Shown here: piece by piece, positions 19,710 through 29,490 of the stretch | Layout: each line of letters starts with the position of its first letter | How positions within the stretch are numbered: the first letter of the stretch is position 1 | Source: Candidatus Bathyarchaeota archaeon | Lineage (GTDB): Archaea; Thermoproteota; Bathyarchaeia; Bathyarchaeales; Bathycorpusculaceae | Length of the DNA stretch: 64,000 nucleotides | Reading direction: 5' to 3' | Assembly: GCA_963811105.1 (NCBI GenBank) | Contig: CAWEPZ010000001.1 | Coordinates: forward strand, 32,001 to 96,000 | Notes under the pieces: model-generated | Databases searched by the model: none | Told to the model about the DNA's origin: nothing | What the model saw: the letters and a program-made list of their open reading frames with translations, nothing else | Position numbers and translations under genes: made by a program

Positions 19710-21110
19710 ATGAAAATAAAATTCTTAGGCGCAACACATCAAGTGACAGGATCAAGCTACATGTTGGAAACTGCCGAATTGAAAATCCTCGTGGATTGCG
19801 GGCTGTTTCAAGAACGGGATTATTCTCACAGAAACTGGGAAGCCTTCCATGTTCCTCCAGACCAGATCCAGTATCTCGTCCTCACCCATGTTCACCAAGA
19901 TCACGCTGGGCTTATTCCTAAACTTGTTAAAGAAGGGTTTCACGGAGATATTCTGCTCACCCCTGCGTCTAAAGAGTTGTTTCCGATAGTGATTTTGGAT
20001 TCGGCTCGAATTCAAGAAGAGGATGCTGCTGCCTTCAAGAAAAACCGCCATGATAACGAAGAACAAAAGGAACCTTATCCGGAAACCCCTTTATATACAG
20101 TCCAAGATGCAGAAAAGTGTTTTCCCCTCCTGAAAGCTGTTCCCTATGAAGATTTTTTGCCGCTAAACGATCTAGTCAAGGTTTGTTTCCACGATGCTGG
20201 TCACATCCTTGGCTCGGCCATGATTGAGATCGTTTTCCAAGACGACAATGGGTCGCGAAACATCATCTTCTCGGGCGATATCGGACAGTTTGACACGCCT
20301 TTACTCAACAACCCCACTGTATTTGATCGAGCAGATTATGTGGTTATGGAGTCCACATATGGAGATCGAAATCACGATAACCTACAAGATATTGATGATA
20401 AACTCAGCAAGACTATCAATGACACAGCAAAAGCTGGCGGAAACGTCATTGTCCCCACCTTTGCCATTGAGCGAGCCCAAGAACTCTTATACCATATTAG
20501 CTTATTAGCGCGAGCAAAAAGAATTCCTTACATTATTACGTTTCTTGATAGCCCTATGGCCGTCGAAATCACGAAGGTCTTTGAACAGAGCAAGAAGTAT
20601 TTTGACAAACAAACTCTGGAACTCTTCAAGGATGGTCAAACACCCTTCGACTTTCCAGGATTGAAACTCGTCGAATCTGTTGAAGGATCTAAGGCGATCA
20701 ACCTAATCAAAGGCTCTACAATCATTATTGCTGGCTCCGGGATGATTAGTGGAGGACGAATTAAACATCATCTGGTGAGAGAGATAACTCGTCCTGAATC
20801 TACACTTATTATCGTGGGATACCAAGCGGTTGGAACACTGGGACGACAAATCTTGGACGGTGTTTCACCCGTCAGTATTCTGGGTCAATCCTATCCCGTG
20901 CGGATGAGGATCGAGAACATTAATGGTTTATCTGCGCATGCTGAAATGAATGATTTGCGGCGCTGGCTTAACAACTTCAGAGTCCCGCCGAAGCATGTTT
21001 TCTTGACTCATGGCGAAGAAGGATCGATCTTGAGCTTAGAGAATTATTTGCATTCAAAGGGCGGATGGGAAGTGACCGCCCCAGTGTACTTAGAAGAATA
21101 TGACCTCTGA
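19710..21110 (+). CDS. MBL-fold beta-CASP metallohydrolase (RNA-processing type)
   Basis: VTGSSY, DCGLFQ, THVHQDHAG, AGHILGS, MESTYGDR, GLSAHA, LTHGE. Confidence 0.92.
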   Translation: MKIKFLGATHQVTGSSYMLETAELKILVDCGLFQERDYSHRNWEAFHVPPDQIQYLVLTHVHQDHAGLIPKLVKEGFHGDILLTPASKELFPIVILDSARIQEEDAAAFKKNRHDNEEQKEPYPETPLYTVQDAEKCFPLLKAVPYEDFLPLNDLVKVCFHDAGHILGSAMIEIVFQDDNGSRNIIFSGDIGQFDTPLLNNPTVFDRADYVVMESTYGDRNHDNLQDIDDKLSKTINDTAKAGGNVIVPTFAIERAQELLYHISLLARAKRIPYIITFLDSPMAVEITKVFEQSKKYFDKQTLELFKDGQTPFDFPGLKLVESVEGSKAINLIKGSTIIIAGSGMISGGRIKHHLVREITRPESTLIIVGYQAVGTLGRQILDGVSPVSILGQSYPVRMRIENINGLSAHAEMNDLRRWLNNFRVPPKHVFLTHGEEGSILSLENYLHSKGGWEVTAPVYLEEYDL

Positions 21111-21203
21111 CTCCTGTAGATTGTGAGGCTTTTACTGATTAGAGTTTATTGTACCAATGCGTTTTGTGAAGGAGTTACTTATCAATTAAAGTTCATTTAA
21201 CCT

Positions 21204-21446
21204 CTAATTTTTTCGATTGGCTGCTAAACCATAAATTGTTATGGCCAAGCCGATGATTGCTGCGACTCCCCCGCCAACCGCCATAAACTGATCTTGAGCA
21301 ACCTTATTTCGAACCTCCGCAGAAAGAGACTGCGATATTTGACCCAGCAAACCTCCGTACTGCTGCAAATCCGAATAGCCAATCCAGAAAACCACAATAC
21401 CAATAGCCAACAGGAAAACGCCCACTCCTAATGCTCCAGCTCTCAT
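21204..21446 (-). CDS. Small two-TM membrane protein
   Basis: 80 aa with two hydrophobic helices; GAGGT RBS. Confidence 0.7.
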   Translation of the reverse strand: MRAGALGVGVFLLAIGIVVFWIGYSDLQQYGGLLGQISQSLSAEVRNKVAQDQFMAVGGGVAAIIGLAITIYGLAANRKN

Positions 21447-21473
21447 TTTTTCTACCTCGCGCCCACATTAGTT

Positions 21474-21863
21474 TCAAGATAGGCATAAGCCGTCCTTATT
21501 ACATAGGCTTGGGGGAAATACTTCTTGCTTTGAAGCTTTGAGTTCACTTATTCTATTTTGCACCATTTTTAACAGTTCTTTCCTAAGCTGCTCTCCCGAA
21601 ATATCCCGCTGAATAAAACACATTCTGCCGGCTAATACATCATCTTTTAAAGTGTCTCTTATCCAAGCTTGAAAATCGCCCCGTGGATAATGAAACAAAA
21701 TAGAGCTATTATCTATGCCATCCAATTTGGCTGCAAAATCTTCCAGACTGACTGCTGAAACTTTTGTGTAGAGTCCCTCTGCAGTGCAAAAATAAAAAGC
21801 GTTATTTGAAGGCACAGTGGACAGGATTTCTAAAGCATCTTGATTTGTAAGAGTTTTACTCAT
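21474..21863 (-). CDS. DUF5752-like protein
   Basis: AFYFCT..G.YT...A.SLEDF...L..ID.SSILFHYPRGDFQAWIRDTL.D..LA pattern. Confidence 0.75.
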   Translation of the reverse strand: MSKTLTNQDALEILSTVPSNNAFYFCTAEGLYTKVSAVSLEDFAAKLDGIDNSSILFHYPRGDFQAWIRDTLKDDVLAGRMCFIQRDISGEQLRKELLKMVQNRISELKASKQEVFPPSLCNKDGLCLS

Positions 21864-22111
21864 TTCTAATCGCCTTGATACACTAAACTTTGGTGAGGCT
21901 ACTCTATATCCGTTTGTTGTTGGGTTTCGACAGTTACAATGGTGCTAACAGTTCTTGACAAAACAACCTGTTTCAATTTGTATAACCTAATTGTCCTTAG
22001 AGCAAGTGCTTGTTGTCTGTCTGTGCTTAATAGCAGTCACATATGTTAATAGAATCGCTGAGGCACCAGTTGAAGCACCTGCACCCTCCGAAGAGAAACC
22101 AAGCGAATAAA

Positions 22112-22149
22112 CGTCCTGCGTATGAAATGCATGGACGACCCCTTTTTTT
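22112..22149 (+). terminator. Hairpin plus T-tract terminator
   Basis: CGTCC-TGCGT...ATGCA-T-GGACG followed by CCCC and TTTTTTT. Confidence 0.45.
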
Positions 22150-22156
22150 GAATCAA

Positions 22157-22390
22157 ACCTACCTACTTATCCGCACTGGATCAGCAGACCACAATATGTG
22201 ACTTGCTGCCTACGCCATTTCCAAAGGAATGCGAATCAAATACAGCGAAGGTATAATCAAGGACGGCGTGGCAGTAGCTGGAGAAACTGAGCAGGGCGTG
22301 TTTGAAGCCTTAGGATTGCAATGTCCGTTGCCTGTTGAGCGGGAGATAGTGGACGGCAAACCCGTTTGGATGCCGCCTGAAAAAATGTAA
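22157..22390 (+). pseudogene. DNA polymerase X (pol beta thumb) C-terminal remnant
   Basis: TYLLIRTGSADHNM*LAAYAISKGMRIKYSEG...GETEQGVFEALGLQCPLPVERE; internal TGA at 22199; no 5' part. Confidence 0.8.
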
Positions 22391-22968
22391 ACAAACTTGA
22401 AAAGATACTGACGTTGGGGTGAATCGCGTTAAAGAATTTGCGCTCTATAACAGAGGGGGTCTTTGCTTTCTTGCTTTGTTTGTTGTTTCTTCAATTACGG
22501 GAAGGTTTTCTTTGAGTTCTCTGAATTGTTTGAGCACTGTCACGCCGAGTTGCGTGATCGTGTAGAGTTTTCTGTCTTTTCCAATGATCTTAAGTTCAAC
22601 CAGTCCCTGTTTAGTTAAGAAGTCAAGGTACTCCTTTAGCACGCTGCAGTTGACCTTAGCCGTGTACATGACGTGCGTCAGCTTCAACGGACCCAAGTGA
22701 TCTAAAACCTCCAGAATTTCCAAATGCATTTCCAGTTGAGATCGTCTCACAGTTTCACCTTCTATTTTGCAGACACACTCAGTTGCTTATTAGGTATGAT
22801 TCAAGGTACTTAACTCACTTATGAAAACCAACATAATATTCAAGATATGAATCGCGAATAACCTTCCAAAAGCTGCTATTTGACGCGTTATAATTGCCCT
22901 ACTCCTTGCCCTCATATCCTATGGGGAGATAGTGGACACTAAAGCAGTTTGGATGCCGCCTGAAAAAA
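22341..22968. repeat. 45-bp imperfect direct repeat (22341-22385 and 22924-22968) flanking the wHTH gene
   Basis: GGGAGATAGTGGAC-N9-GTTTGGATGCCGCCTGAAAAAA in both copies; 5 mismatches, all within the N9. Confidence 0.85.
22445..22750 (-). CDS. Winged-helix transcriptional regulator (ArnR1/DUF4364-like)
   Basis: MRRSQLEMHLEIL...LKLTHVMYTAKVNC...YTITQLG; AGGTGA RBS. Confidence 0.85.
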   Translation of the reverse strand: MRRSQLEMHLEILEVLDHLGPLKLTHVMYTAKVNCSVLKEYLDFLTKQGLVELKIIGKDRKLYTITQLGVTVLKQFRELKENLPVIEETTNKARKQRPPLL

Positions 22969-23050
22969 ACTGTAACATTCTATCAAGTTAACCTCGTTGT
23001 GAATCTGAAAGAAGAAGTGATAAACAACAAATTCTTGTAGTTTTGATGGG

Positions 23051-23175
23051 GTGGAAAGGGGGATTAAGCGGATTTAGCCAAGCGCTAACATTGACAAGGC
23101 GCCAAAAATACTGCGAAATACCTTAGCATCTGTTAGCAGCCGGACCCGCTCAACTTGGCTCTAAGCTACTTCCAC
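23051..23175 (-). ncRNA. Candidate structured non-coding RNA
   Basis: Five nested complementary segments plus a crossing 10-bp helix in 125 nt of intergenic DNA; TTTATAAC box upstream on the minus strand. Confidence 0.4.
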
Positions 23176-23359
23176 TTTCTAATTAGATACTCACAATTAT
23201 AGCAAATATGAAATAATGCTGTTATAAATTGAAACAACAACCGCTAAGTTACTGCAATTGTTTTAGCGTTACTGAACTTTGTACTTTGTTATATATCTGA
23301 CACAGTAACATGACTATTTATGCTTCAATATTCTTCTATTGTGAAAAAGGAGTTGTATC

Positions 23360-23710
23360 TTGGTGGATTTTTGTTCAGAGTGCGGTTCCCGTCTTATAGC
23401 TAAAAAGGTCAAAACAGGAAAACAAACTACACTCGTGCTTGTATGTACCAAATGTGGGCACAAACTAAAAGAATCAAGTGAAAACATAAAAATCAACGGC
23501 AAAACTATAGACCACAGTCCAAAGCAACTAGTTTCAGTGTTAGGTAAAGAAATTCAGCTAAGTACTCTGCCAACCATACAGGTTACCTGCTCAAGATGTG
23601 GAAACAACAATGCTTATGCCTGGCAAGTTCAAACAAGAGGCGCAGATGAATCATCCACCCAATTTCTAAGATGCACAAACTGCGGATATACATTTAGAGA
23701 GAATACGTAA
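23360..23710 (+). CDS. tfs: Transcription factor S / RpoM-family zinc-ribbon protein
   Basis: FCSECGS...CTKCG and CSRCG...QVQTRGADESSTQFLRCTNCGYTFRE with the acidic DE loop intact. Confidence 0.9.
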   Translation: MVDFCSECGSRLIAKKVKTGKQTTLVLVCTKCGHKLKESSENIKINGKTIDHSPKQLVSVLGKEIQLSTLPTIQVTCSRCGNNNAYAWQVQTRGADESSTQFLRCTNCGYTFRENT

Positions 23711-24100
23711 GGTTTATTCACCAAAAAGAGTTTTGATTAAGTTTGAAAAGGGAAAAAACCCGTTACTTAGCTTTGAAAAACATCTAAGGCAACAAATAAA
23801 ATAGTTTTCCCAATTTTTCAGTTGCAGTAAAAAAATTAAGAGAGTAACCAATAAAACCAACCAATAAAACCAAAAATCTCCACATGGACTGCCTATTCAG
23901 TTCAAACAGAACCTGCCTACAGCTTTAGAAACACAATATCTACTTCGCAATCGTTGCTGGATAGGCTTTTGGGCGAGGACATCGAGTATAGTAGAAGGAC
24001 AGGGAGAAGAAAGGTTCAACTTGCATTGTAAGAAAATTCTCGTGAAAAAATGAGAGAAAGAAACGAGTAAATTGTTTGCTTAACTGAGACTTACTTTTAC

Positions 24101-24122
24101 GTTATTGTCGTTAGACAGTCAC
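24101..24122 (+). promoter_or_regulatory. 22-bp palindromic operator copy
   Basis: GTTATTGT-CGTTAG-ACAGTCAC, 6 nt, TTAAGA. Confidence 0.7.
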
Positions 24123-24167
24123 AAATGCTTAAGAAAAGCATAAACCACTTGTATTATAGGTAAGATT

Positions 24168-24407
24168 TTGACTGAGCCTGATTTTCCCTACGAAAAGAAA
24201 CCAAATGAATCATTCAATGATTTGATTGCACCATCCCCACCAGATGGCTCTTTTGAATCACCAGATCAGCAGCCTTCCCTTCCTCCAATTAGTAATCCAA
24301 CGCCAAACAAGGTTACTTGCCAAATATGTGGTAAAGTTTTCAATACTAAAGAAGAATTAACCATGCATTTGGAAACTGAGCATCAAACCCCCAAGAAGAA
24401 AATTTAA
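24168..24407 (+). CDS. Pro-rich protein with a single C2H2 zinc finger
   Basis: CQICGKVFNTKEELTMHLETEH. Confidence 0.8.
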   Translation: MTEPDFPYEKKPNESFNDLIAPSPPDGSFESPDQQPSLPPISNPTPNKVTCQICGKVFNTKEELTMHLETEHQTPKKKI

Positions 24408-24550
24408 AACTCAAAACGCCCTAATTTATTCAATAGTTGTTGATTCTCCCAAACAATTCTTTGATGGGAAACATGATATCATGTAGTTGTGACAACACAA
24501 TCACAATACTATATGTAGTATTATTCATTCATTTTGTTTAGGTGTAAGTT

Positions 24551-24724
24551 TTGTCAAAAGTCCAACCTCATCCAGGTCATGAAAAACACCTCTGCAAAAT
24601 GGTAGAGGATAAAGTACCAATAGAAAAGATAAAGCCACTTGTGAAAGACGCGAAATACATCTGCAAAAGCTGTATGCGTACAGCTGCCAAAGCAGAAAAC
24701 CTCTGCTCCCCAGAATCCCTTTAA
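24551..24724 (+). CDS. Small Cys/His-rich putative metal-binding protein (57 aa, not in the ORF track)
   Basis: TTG start after AGGTG: MSKVQPHPGHEKHLCKMV...YICKSCMRTAAKAENLCSPESL. Confidence 0.75.
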   Translation: MSKVQPHPGHEKHLCKMVEDKVPIEKIKPLVKDAKYICKSCMRTAAKAENLCSPESL

Positions 24725-24974
24725 ACATCTTTTCTTTTTTTTGAGAACAAGTAAGAATAGCTTAGGGGTAAAGCCGAATACTTTTAGTGGGCTGCTTGTC
24801 CCGATATTATGTATTGAAGAAAGTTGGTTAGTTGCTTTGTCTTATCTTCCACGGTTCTCAGCTGCTTCTCTATTCAGAATCAGGCACAACAGATAGTAAA
24901 GAGCGTATGAAGCAATGTTTCCTGCGCCTATGACCTTTTTTATGGCCAAACGGCCAGCCGCTGCCCATGTGTTT

Positions 24975-25046
24975 TTAGTTTTGGTGGCATTCATGTGGTT
25001 TATCTTTTGTTTTCTGGATCTTGCCCTTTGCTTCTTCGTCACTCAC
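24975..25046 (-). pseudogene. Truncated CsbD-like gene
   Basis: MSDEEAKGKIQKTKDK resembles MSEDEVKGKLKKDEGK at 25623, then diverges and stops. Confidence 0.45.
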
Positions 25047-25190
25047 TTAAAAACCCTCAAAAAATCAGCTCTCACAATGGCTAATAAACAAACTGGTACC
25101 CTGACGGTTCAAAGGAAACTGAAGCTAAAGAATAATTAAGAAACATTCATATGACTTCCAAAAAGACTGAAAAGAAAGGCTGATGAAGTT

Positions 25191-25212
25191 GTAACTGTTT
25201 GTTCACAGTCAC
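25191..25212 (+). promoter_or_regulatory. 22-bp palindromic operator copy (near-perfect)
   Basis: GTAACTGT-TTGTTC-ACAGTCAC, 5 nt, TTAAAA. Confidence 0.75.
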
Positions 25213-25262
25213 ACATATTAAAATAAAGCAGTCAAGTTAAGGGTAAGTGAAGGTTTTTGAAA

Positions 25263-25421
25263 ATGGGCGCACTTGATTTTCTTTTCGTAGTTGCTGTGAT
25301 TCTTATCGTATTGTGGCTTTTGGGCTTTTTCATCTTCAACCTTGGCACTATCATATGGGTTCTGCTTGTCATCGCCATCATTATAATACTTGCCCGACTG
25401 CTTACAGGACGCAGAGTATAA
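25263..25421 (+). CDS. lmo0937/DUF5670-like small membrane protein (52 aa, not in the ORF track)
   Basis: MGALDFLFVVAVILIVLWLLGFFIFNLGTIIWVLLVIAIIIILARLLTGRRV. Confidence 0.8.
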   Translation: MGALDFLFVVAVILIVLWLLGFFIFNLGTIIWVLLVIAIIIILARLLTGRRV

Positions 25422-25622
25422 CAGCAACCAAAAACATGGTAGCAGCGCCAAAAGCTGCTTCCCAACTTTTTTGTAAACGTGAAGAAGTCATATTTGTTCG
25501 AAGGATTCACATTCACAAGACGAAATAGACTCTCTTTAAAGCAACGGCTTATTGTTGGTGCGAGATAACAGTCACATACGTTTAATTAAATCTCAGAGGT
25601 ACTACGTTTATAGTGAAATTTT

Positions 25623-25787
25623 ATGAGTGAAGATGAAGTTAAAGGAAAACTCAAAAAGGATGAAGGCAAAATCCGCGTAGGCGCGGGCAAAGTTACTGGC
25701 AACACAGGTCAAATAATTAAAGGCGAAGCTGAGAAAGTTAAAGGAAAAATTCAAGAAGACGTCGGCAAAGCCAAAAGAAAACTCTAA
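25623..25787 (+). CDS. csbD: CsbD-family stress protein (54 aa, not in the ORF track)
   Basis: MSEDEVKGKLKKDEGKIRVGAGKVTGNTGQIIKGEAEKVKGKIQEDVGKAKRKL; operator at 25554-25575. Confidence 0.85.
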   Translation: MSEDEVKGKLKKDEGKIRVGAGKVTGNTGQIIKGEAEKVKGKIQEDVGKAKRKL

Positions 25788-25819
25788 CAAAAATAAGACC
25801 AGTTATTCAATGCTTCAAT

Positions 25820-25881
25820 TATTGGCTTAAATAGTTTTTCAAGAAGTCGAAAAACTACTTGAGTCAACTATTAAGCCGATA
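25820..25881 (+). terminator. Long imperfect hairpin downstream of csbD
   Basis: TATTGGCTTAA-ATAGTT...TCAAG / CTTGA...AACTA-TTAAGCCGATA, followed by a T-tract. Confidence 0.5.
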
Positions 25882-26035
25882 GCTTGTCTCTTTTTTCTAA
25901 TTCTTCATAATCAATCAGTTATTACTTATTACGTGGCAATGCCTTCGCCTTTTTCTGGCATAAAGACTACCAATTGCTAAGATTTTCTCGAAAAAGGCTT
26001 CAAAGTTAAGAAAAAGCAAACTAAACTAGGTGCTG

Positions 26036-28003
26036 CTATGATTTTATGGGCGTCTTTGTGGAAATACTCGTCATCTCTCTTTTAAATAGCCGACAAACAT
26101 TCTCAGCGCCGACGATTTCCTCCTTCTCAAGGTTCCATTCAGAAGGATGCAGTATGAAGGGCTTCGATTGGCTGCCGCCTAAACCCCCGTGGCTGCCTAT
26201 TAGCTCCTCAAATGCAGCCACTTCATCCTTCTCCTTGTCGTACATGCTCATAACGAGAATGTCCGGAATACAGTTGAAGCTGTCTGTTCTCCGCAAGTGT
26301 TCTGCAGCCCGCTTCCCGAATTTAGCTAGCGGGTTTTCACCCTCTATCTTATCATTCGTGAGGTAATACTTGCCCCTTGCGCCTATCACGACTGCCCCCT
26401 GTTCTTCCGAGCGGATCAAAACGAAACTCACCCCCTCATGATGCGACAAACCTTCCACCATCTCTGGATAAGTCTTATTGACATCCTCCAGGCTTACCCG
26501 ATCCGCCCATTGTGTGAAGTATATCAGGCCCATGTTTCCCGAAGCCAACACGATAGCATCTATTTTTTCATCCTCCTTTTTCCTAGACTTCCGAACAACT
26601 CTGCTTCTAACATTCTGCAAAGGAATCGTCACCATCTGTCCGAAGTGATCTTGGTTGGAGTCGAGCTCGAAAGACATCCTGTGTCCCTCAGGGAGAAGCT
26701 TCTGTACAAGATCTGCTAAGGTGTAACCATAACGTTGCCTAAAGGTGGCGCCATTGGTCTGACCGTGGTCTGAAAGAACGCAGAGGTAATACGGTCGTTG
26801 AGAATATGCCTTTGCTCTGTCTATTCTTTTTATACACCTGTCCAGTTTTTTAAGAACGTAGAAAGCCTCATCGTCCGAGATGCCGCAGTGATGCGCAACC
26901 TCATCATATCCCATGAAAGTGGTATATATCGCGTTCTTGTCACCTGCGATAATGTCGCCAATGATCGTGTAAGTACTCAATTCGCGCAGGAAGACATCTG
27001 CCACTACCCTTGTAAAGTAATACACGCGTCCGCGGTGTCGAAGTCTGGGCAGAGTATTTCTTCGCCACTGCCTGTACCTGGACCGAGTCTCCAGCACTAA
27101 CTCCCAGAGAGTGTATGCAATCGTGTGGACAAGATTATTGGAAACGGCATAGAAAGTATTCCACGACTGGTGGTACAATTCGCCTATCTTGCTAAGCTTG
27201 CTGTATACGAAAACGTTGTCTTTGGCGTCACCAGAATAGAGATTAGCTATCGCGCGCCCATTATTCGCAAGCAAACCGTTCCCGTCAGAGATGCGTGTCT
27301 CGATTACTGGTGCATCGCCCATACCAGTGGTTGACACGACCTTGTTACCTTTTGCTTTTTCTACCCATCGGAAAGCAGGAATGTCTTTGTTATTCCCATG
27401 TAATATTCCCGCTTGGCTAGCGCCAGTCTGTGACGAAAAGTCCGTTTCCCACTCCTTAATCTTGTGCGTTCCGCTGCTAACCCACCCCGCTAGGGTTGGC
27501 ATAGTTCCGTTCTCTATCGCTCTACGAAGAATCGTTTCAGCCAATCCGTCGATTTCCAGAAAGATGAAACCTGGTTTATCCTTATTTTCCGCTGCCTTCT
27601 TTGCACGTCCCTTCATTCTTTTCACAACCTCACGGTAGAATGATGCATCGTCATCGATTTCTAGCATTCCTGAAATCAAGGTGTTGATTATCGATATGTT
27701 CACAGGGAGCAAAACTAAACTCCACCCAGAGGCCTCAATTTCTGAAGTGAAGAAAGCCAGTGACCAGAGTATTATGCCATTCAATAGTAGTGCACTCAAC
27801 CCGAACGTTATCACAGAGCGTGCGAGTCCTAACCTCGCTAAGAAGGGCCAAAGCAATGCATTAACTAACCCGAGCCCGGCAGTCGCAATAACAGCGACAA
27901 CAAGATTGCGGGAGTAAAATCCAATCAGGATGCCTGTAAGGAAGATATCTAAAGATATTAAGAACCATACAATTAATGCCCGTGTGAAAATGTCTTTAGT
28001 CAA
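26036..28003 (-). CDS. Four-TM holin-like domain fused to an alkaline-phosphatase-superfamily phosphodiesterase
   Basis: LGLVNALLWP...TFGLSALLLNG; LEIDGLA, SSQTGASQAG, GYDEVAHH, LSDHGQ, GSHGGLGG. Confidence 0.88.
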   Translation of the reverse strand: MTKDIFTRALIVWFLISLDIFLTGILIGFYSRNLVVAVIATAGLGLVNALLWPFLARLGLARSVITFGLSALLLNGIILWSLAFFTSEIEASGWSLVLLPVNISIINTLISGMLEIDDDASFYREVVKRMKGRAKKAAENKDKPGFIFLEIDGLAETILRRAIENGTMPTLAGWVSSGTHKIKEWETDFSSQTGASQAGILHGNNKDIPAFRWVEKAKGNKVVSTTGMGDAPVIETRISDGNGLLANNGRAIANLYSGDAKDNVFVYSKLSKIGELYHQSWNTFYAVSNNLVHTIAYTLWELVLETRSRYRQWRRNTLPRLRHRGRVYYFTRVVADVFLRELSTYTIIGDIIAGDKNAIYTTFMGYDEVAHHCGISDDEAFYVLKKLDRCIKRIDRAKAYSQRPYYLCVLSDHGQTNGATFRQRYGYTLADLVQKLLPEGHRMSFELDSNQDHFGQMVTIPLQNVRSRVVRKSRKKEDEKIDAIVLASGNMGLIYFTQWADRVSLEDVNKTYPEMVEGLSHHEGVSFVLIRSEEQGAVVIGARGKYYLTNDKIEGENPLAKFGKRAAEHLRRTDSFNCIPDILVMSMYDKEKDEVAAFEELIGSHGGLGGSQSKPFILHPSEWNLEKEEIVGAENVCRLFKREMTSISTKTPIKS

Positions 28004-28890
28004 ACTTTCTTCTCTCCAGATTTTAGATCAATGACGGTAATCTCGGGTGCGCAGTTAATACGTATCCAGAACGCGTTTGTGCCAATGCCTCGGTTGGTGT
28101 ACTGGACCATTTCCCCCACTTGATACCTTCCGAGGGGGTACTTCCTGAAACCGTCAACGCGAAAAGGAGTCCCAATCTTGGGTATCACGAATTGACCCCC
28201 GTGGGAATGCCCGGAGAGCTGGAGACTGAACCTATTGGTTTTTGCGCTGATGTCGGCGAAGTCAGGTTCATGAGCCAGGAGAATAGCTGGTCCGTTGGGC
28301 GGCAGCTTCTGCAGGACCTCTTCCAACTGGTTCTTCTTCAAAGTGATGCCGTCGACTCCTGCAAAATGCAACGCATATCCTTTTCGAGTAACAGTATAGA
28401 CATTGTTGCTCAGCTCTATTATTTTGCTTTCTCTCAGTATCGAGCGGACCCTCTCCGCGCTGACCCAATAATCGTGGTTGCCTAGCACTGCCACCGTCGT
28501 ATCTCGCGCACGTATTTCCTTGAGCGCGTGTATGAGTTCTTCGACATTCTCTTGTGAGTAGGACACAAAATCCCCCGTGATCGCAACGATATCTGGCTCC
28601 TGCTGGTTAATCAAACCAACTACCCCTATCAGCCTATCCAGAGAAATCCATTGCCCGTAATGTATGTCGCTGATGTGCACTATCCGGTAACCTTCGAAGG
28701 GGGTCGGAAGTGTGGGAATATTTATTTCAATTTTCACGATCTCGAAATCGCTAGGGTTAAATCTCTGGCCAAACAATCTAGAAGATCGTGACATCATTTT
28801 TTGCAAACCTCTTCGCATGCGGAAGGTCCAATCCACTCTAGCATCTTCTGTGGGCTCGCGCTTTCTCATTATCAAAATGTCTCCAATCAA
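28000..28890 (-). CDS. YkuE-like calcineurin-family metallophosphoesterase
   Basis: HISDIH, ITGDFV, LGNHD, LAHEPD, SGHSHGGQ. Confidence 0.92.
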   Translation of the reverse strand: MIGDILIMRKREPTEDARVDWTFRMRRGLQKMMSRSSRLFGQRFNPSDFEIVKIEINIPTLPTPFEGYRIVHISDIHYGQWISLDRLIGVVGLINQQEPDIVAITGDFVSYSQENVEELIHALKEIRARDTTVAVLGNHDYWVSAERVRSILRESKIIELSNNVYTVTRKGYALHFAGVDGITLKKNQLEEVLQKLPPNGPAILLAHEPDFADISAKTNRFSLQLSGHSHGGQFVIPKIGTPFRVDGFRKYPLGRYQVGEMVQYTNRGIGTNAFWIRINCAPEITVIDLKSGEKKV

Positions 28891-29490
28891 TCATCTGGGC
28901 GAATGTGAATGTTAATAGGAAAAACTAATTAATATAATTCGTTCGCACCATTTGAACTTTGTACAGGCAATCTCGAACAATTCCGCTTTAAGCCTCACCT
29001 GAGGGAAGAGTGAAAACGATCTAAACAAGGGACAAACTATTACGTCCTATTGTTTCTTTAGAACTTTTGCTTCAACCAGCGCCTACAAAAATGTATTAAA
29101 GGACAAGAACTGTTAAGCCACCATTCATGAAAAAAATTTGTCAGGTGTTAGCGTTCTTCGCGAAAAAGGGTGTTTCGTTCACACCCATATGTGTTAAGGA
29201 TTACCCGTATTAACTGAAGTCGACCACAAATTAACACTCAAATTTGCCGCGTTAAAGCTGCCTCTAAAGGATGTAACAAACATAAGTGCTGCCTGTTTAA
29301 TCTTTGATGTCAAACTAATGTTAGGTTTTTCAACCAAGCACTTAAGGAAGTGATAACATACAGCTACATTTATTTTTTTAGTTCTTTTGAGTGGTAAAAA
29401 CACAACAAAATGTATTGTTGCTACTTATTTGCAATCACAACTCTTTAAGTATTTTATGAAACAAATGTTAAGTAAATTAGGTAAATTTGC

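Noticed and set aside
22414-23010. c-di-AMP (ydaO) riboswitch suggested by GGGGTGAATC and TAACCTCG
   Set aside because: The two pieces are about 570 bp apart with a gene between them, and the other conserved elements are missing
23051-23175. HDV-like ribozyme assignment for the structured RNA
   Set aside because: It has a CUAA before the final helix strand but no P3/L3 or P1.1 elements
24842-25042. 66-aa basic ORF as a ribosomal L39e-like protein
   Set aside because: No L39e motifs; the CsbD-like stub in another frame explains the segment better
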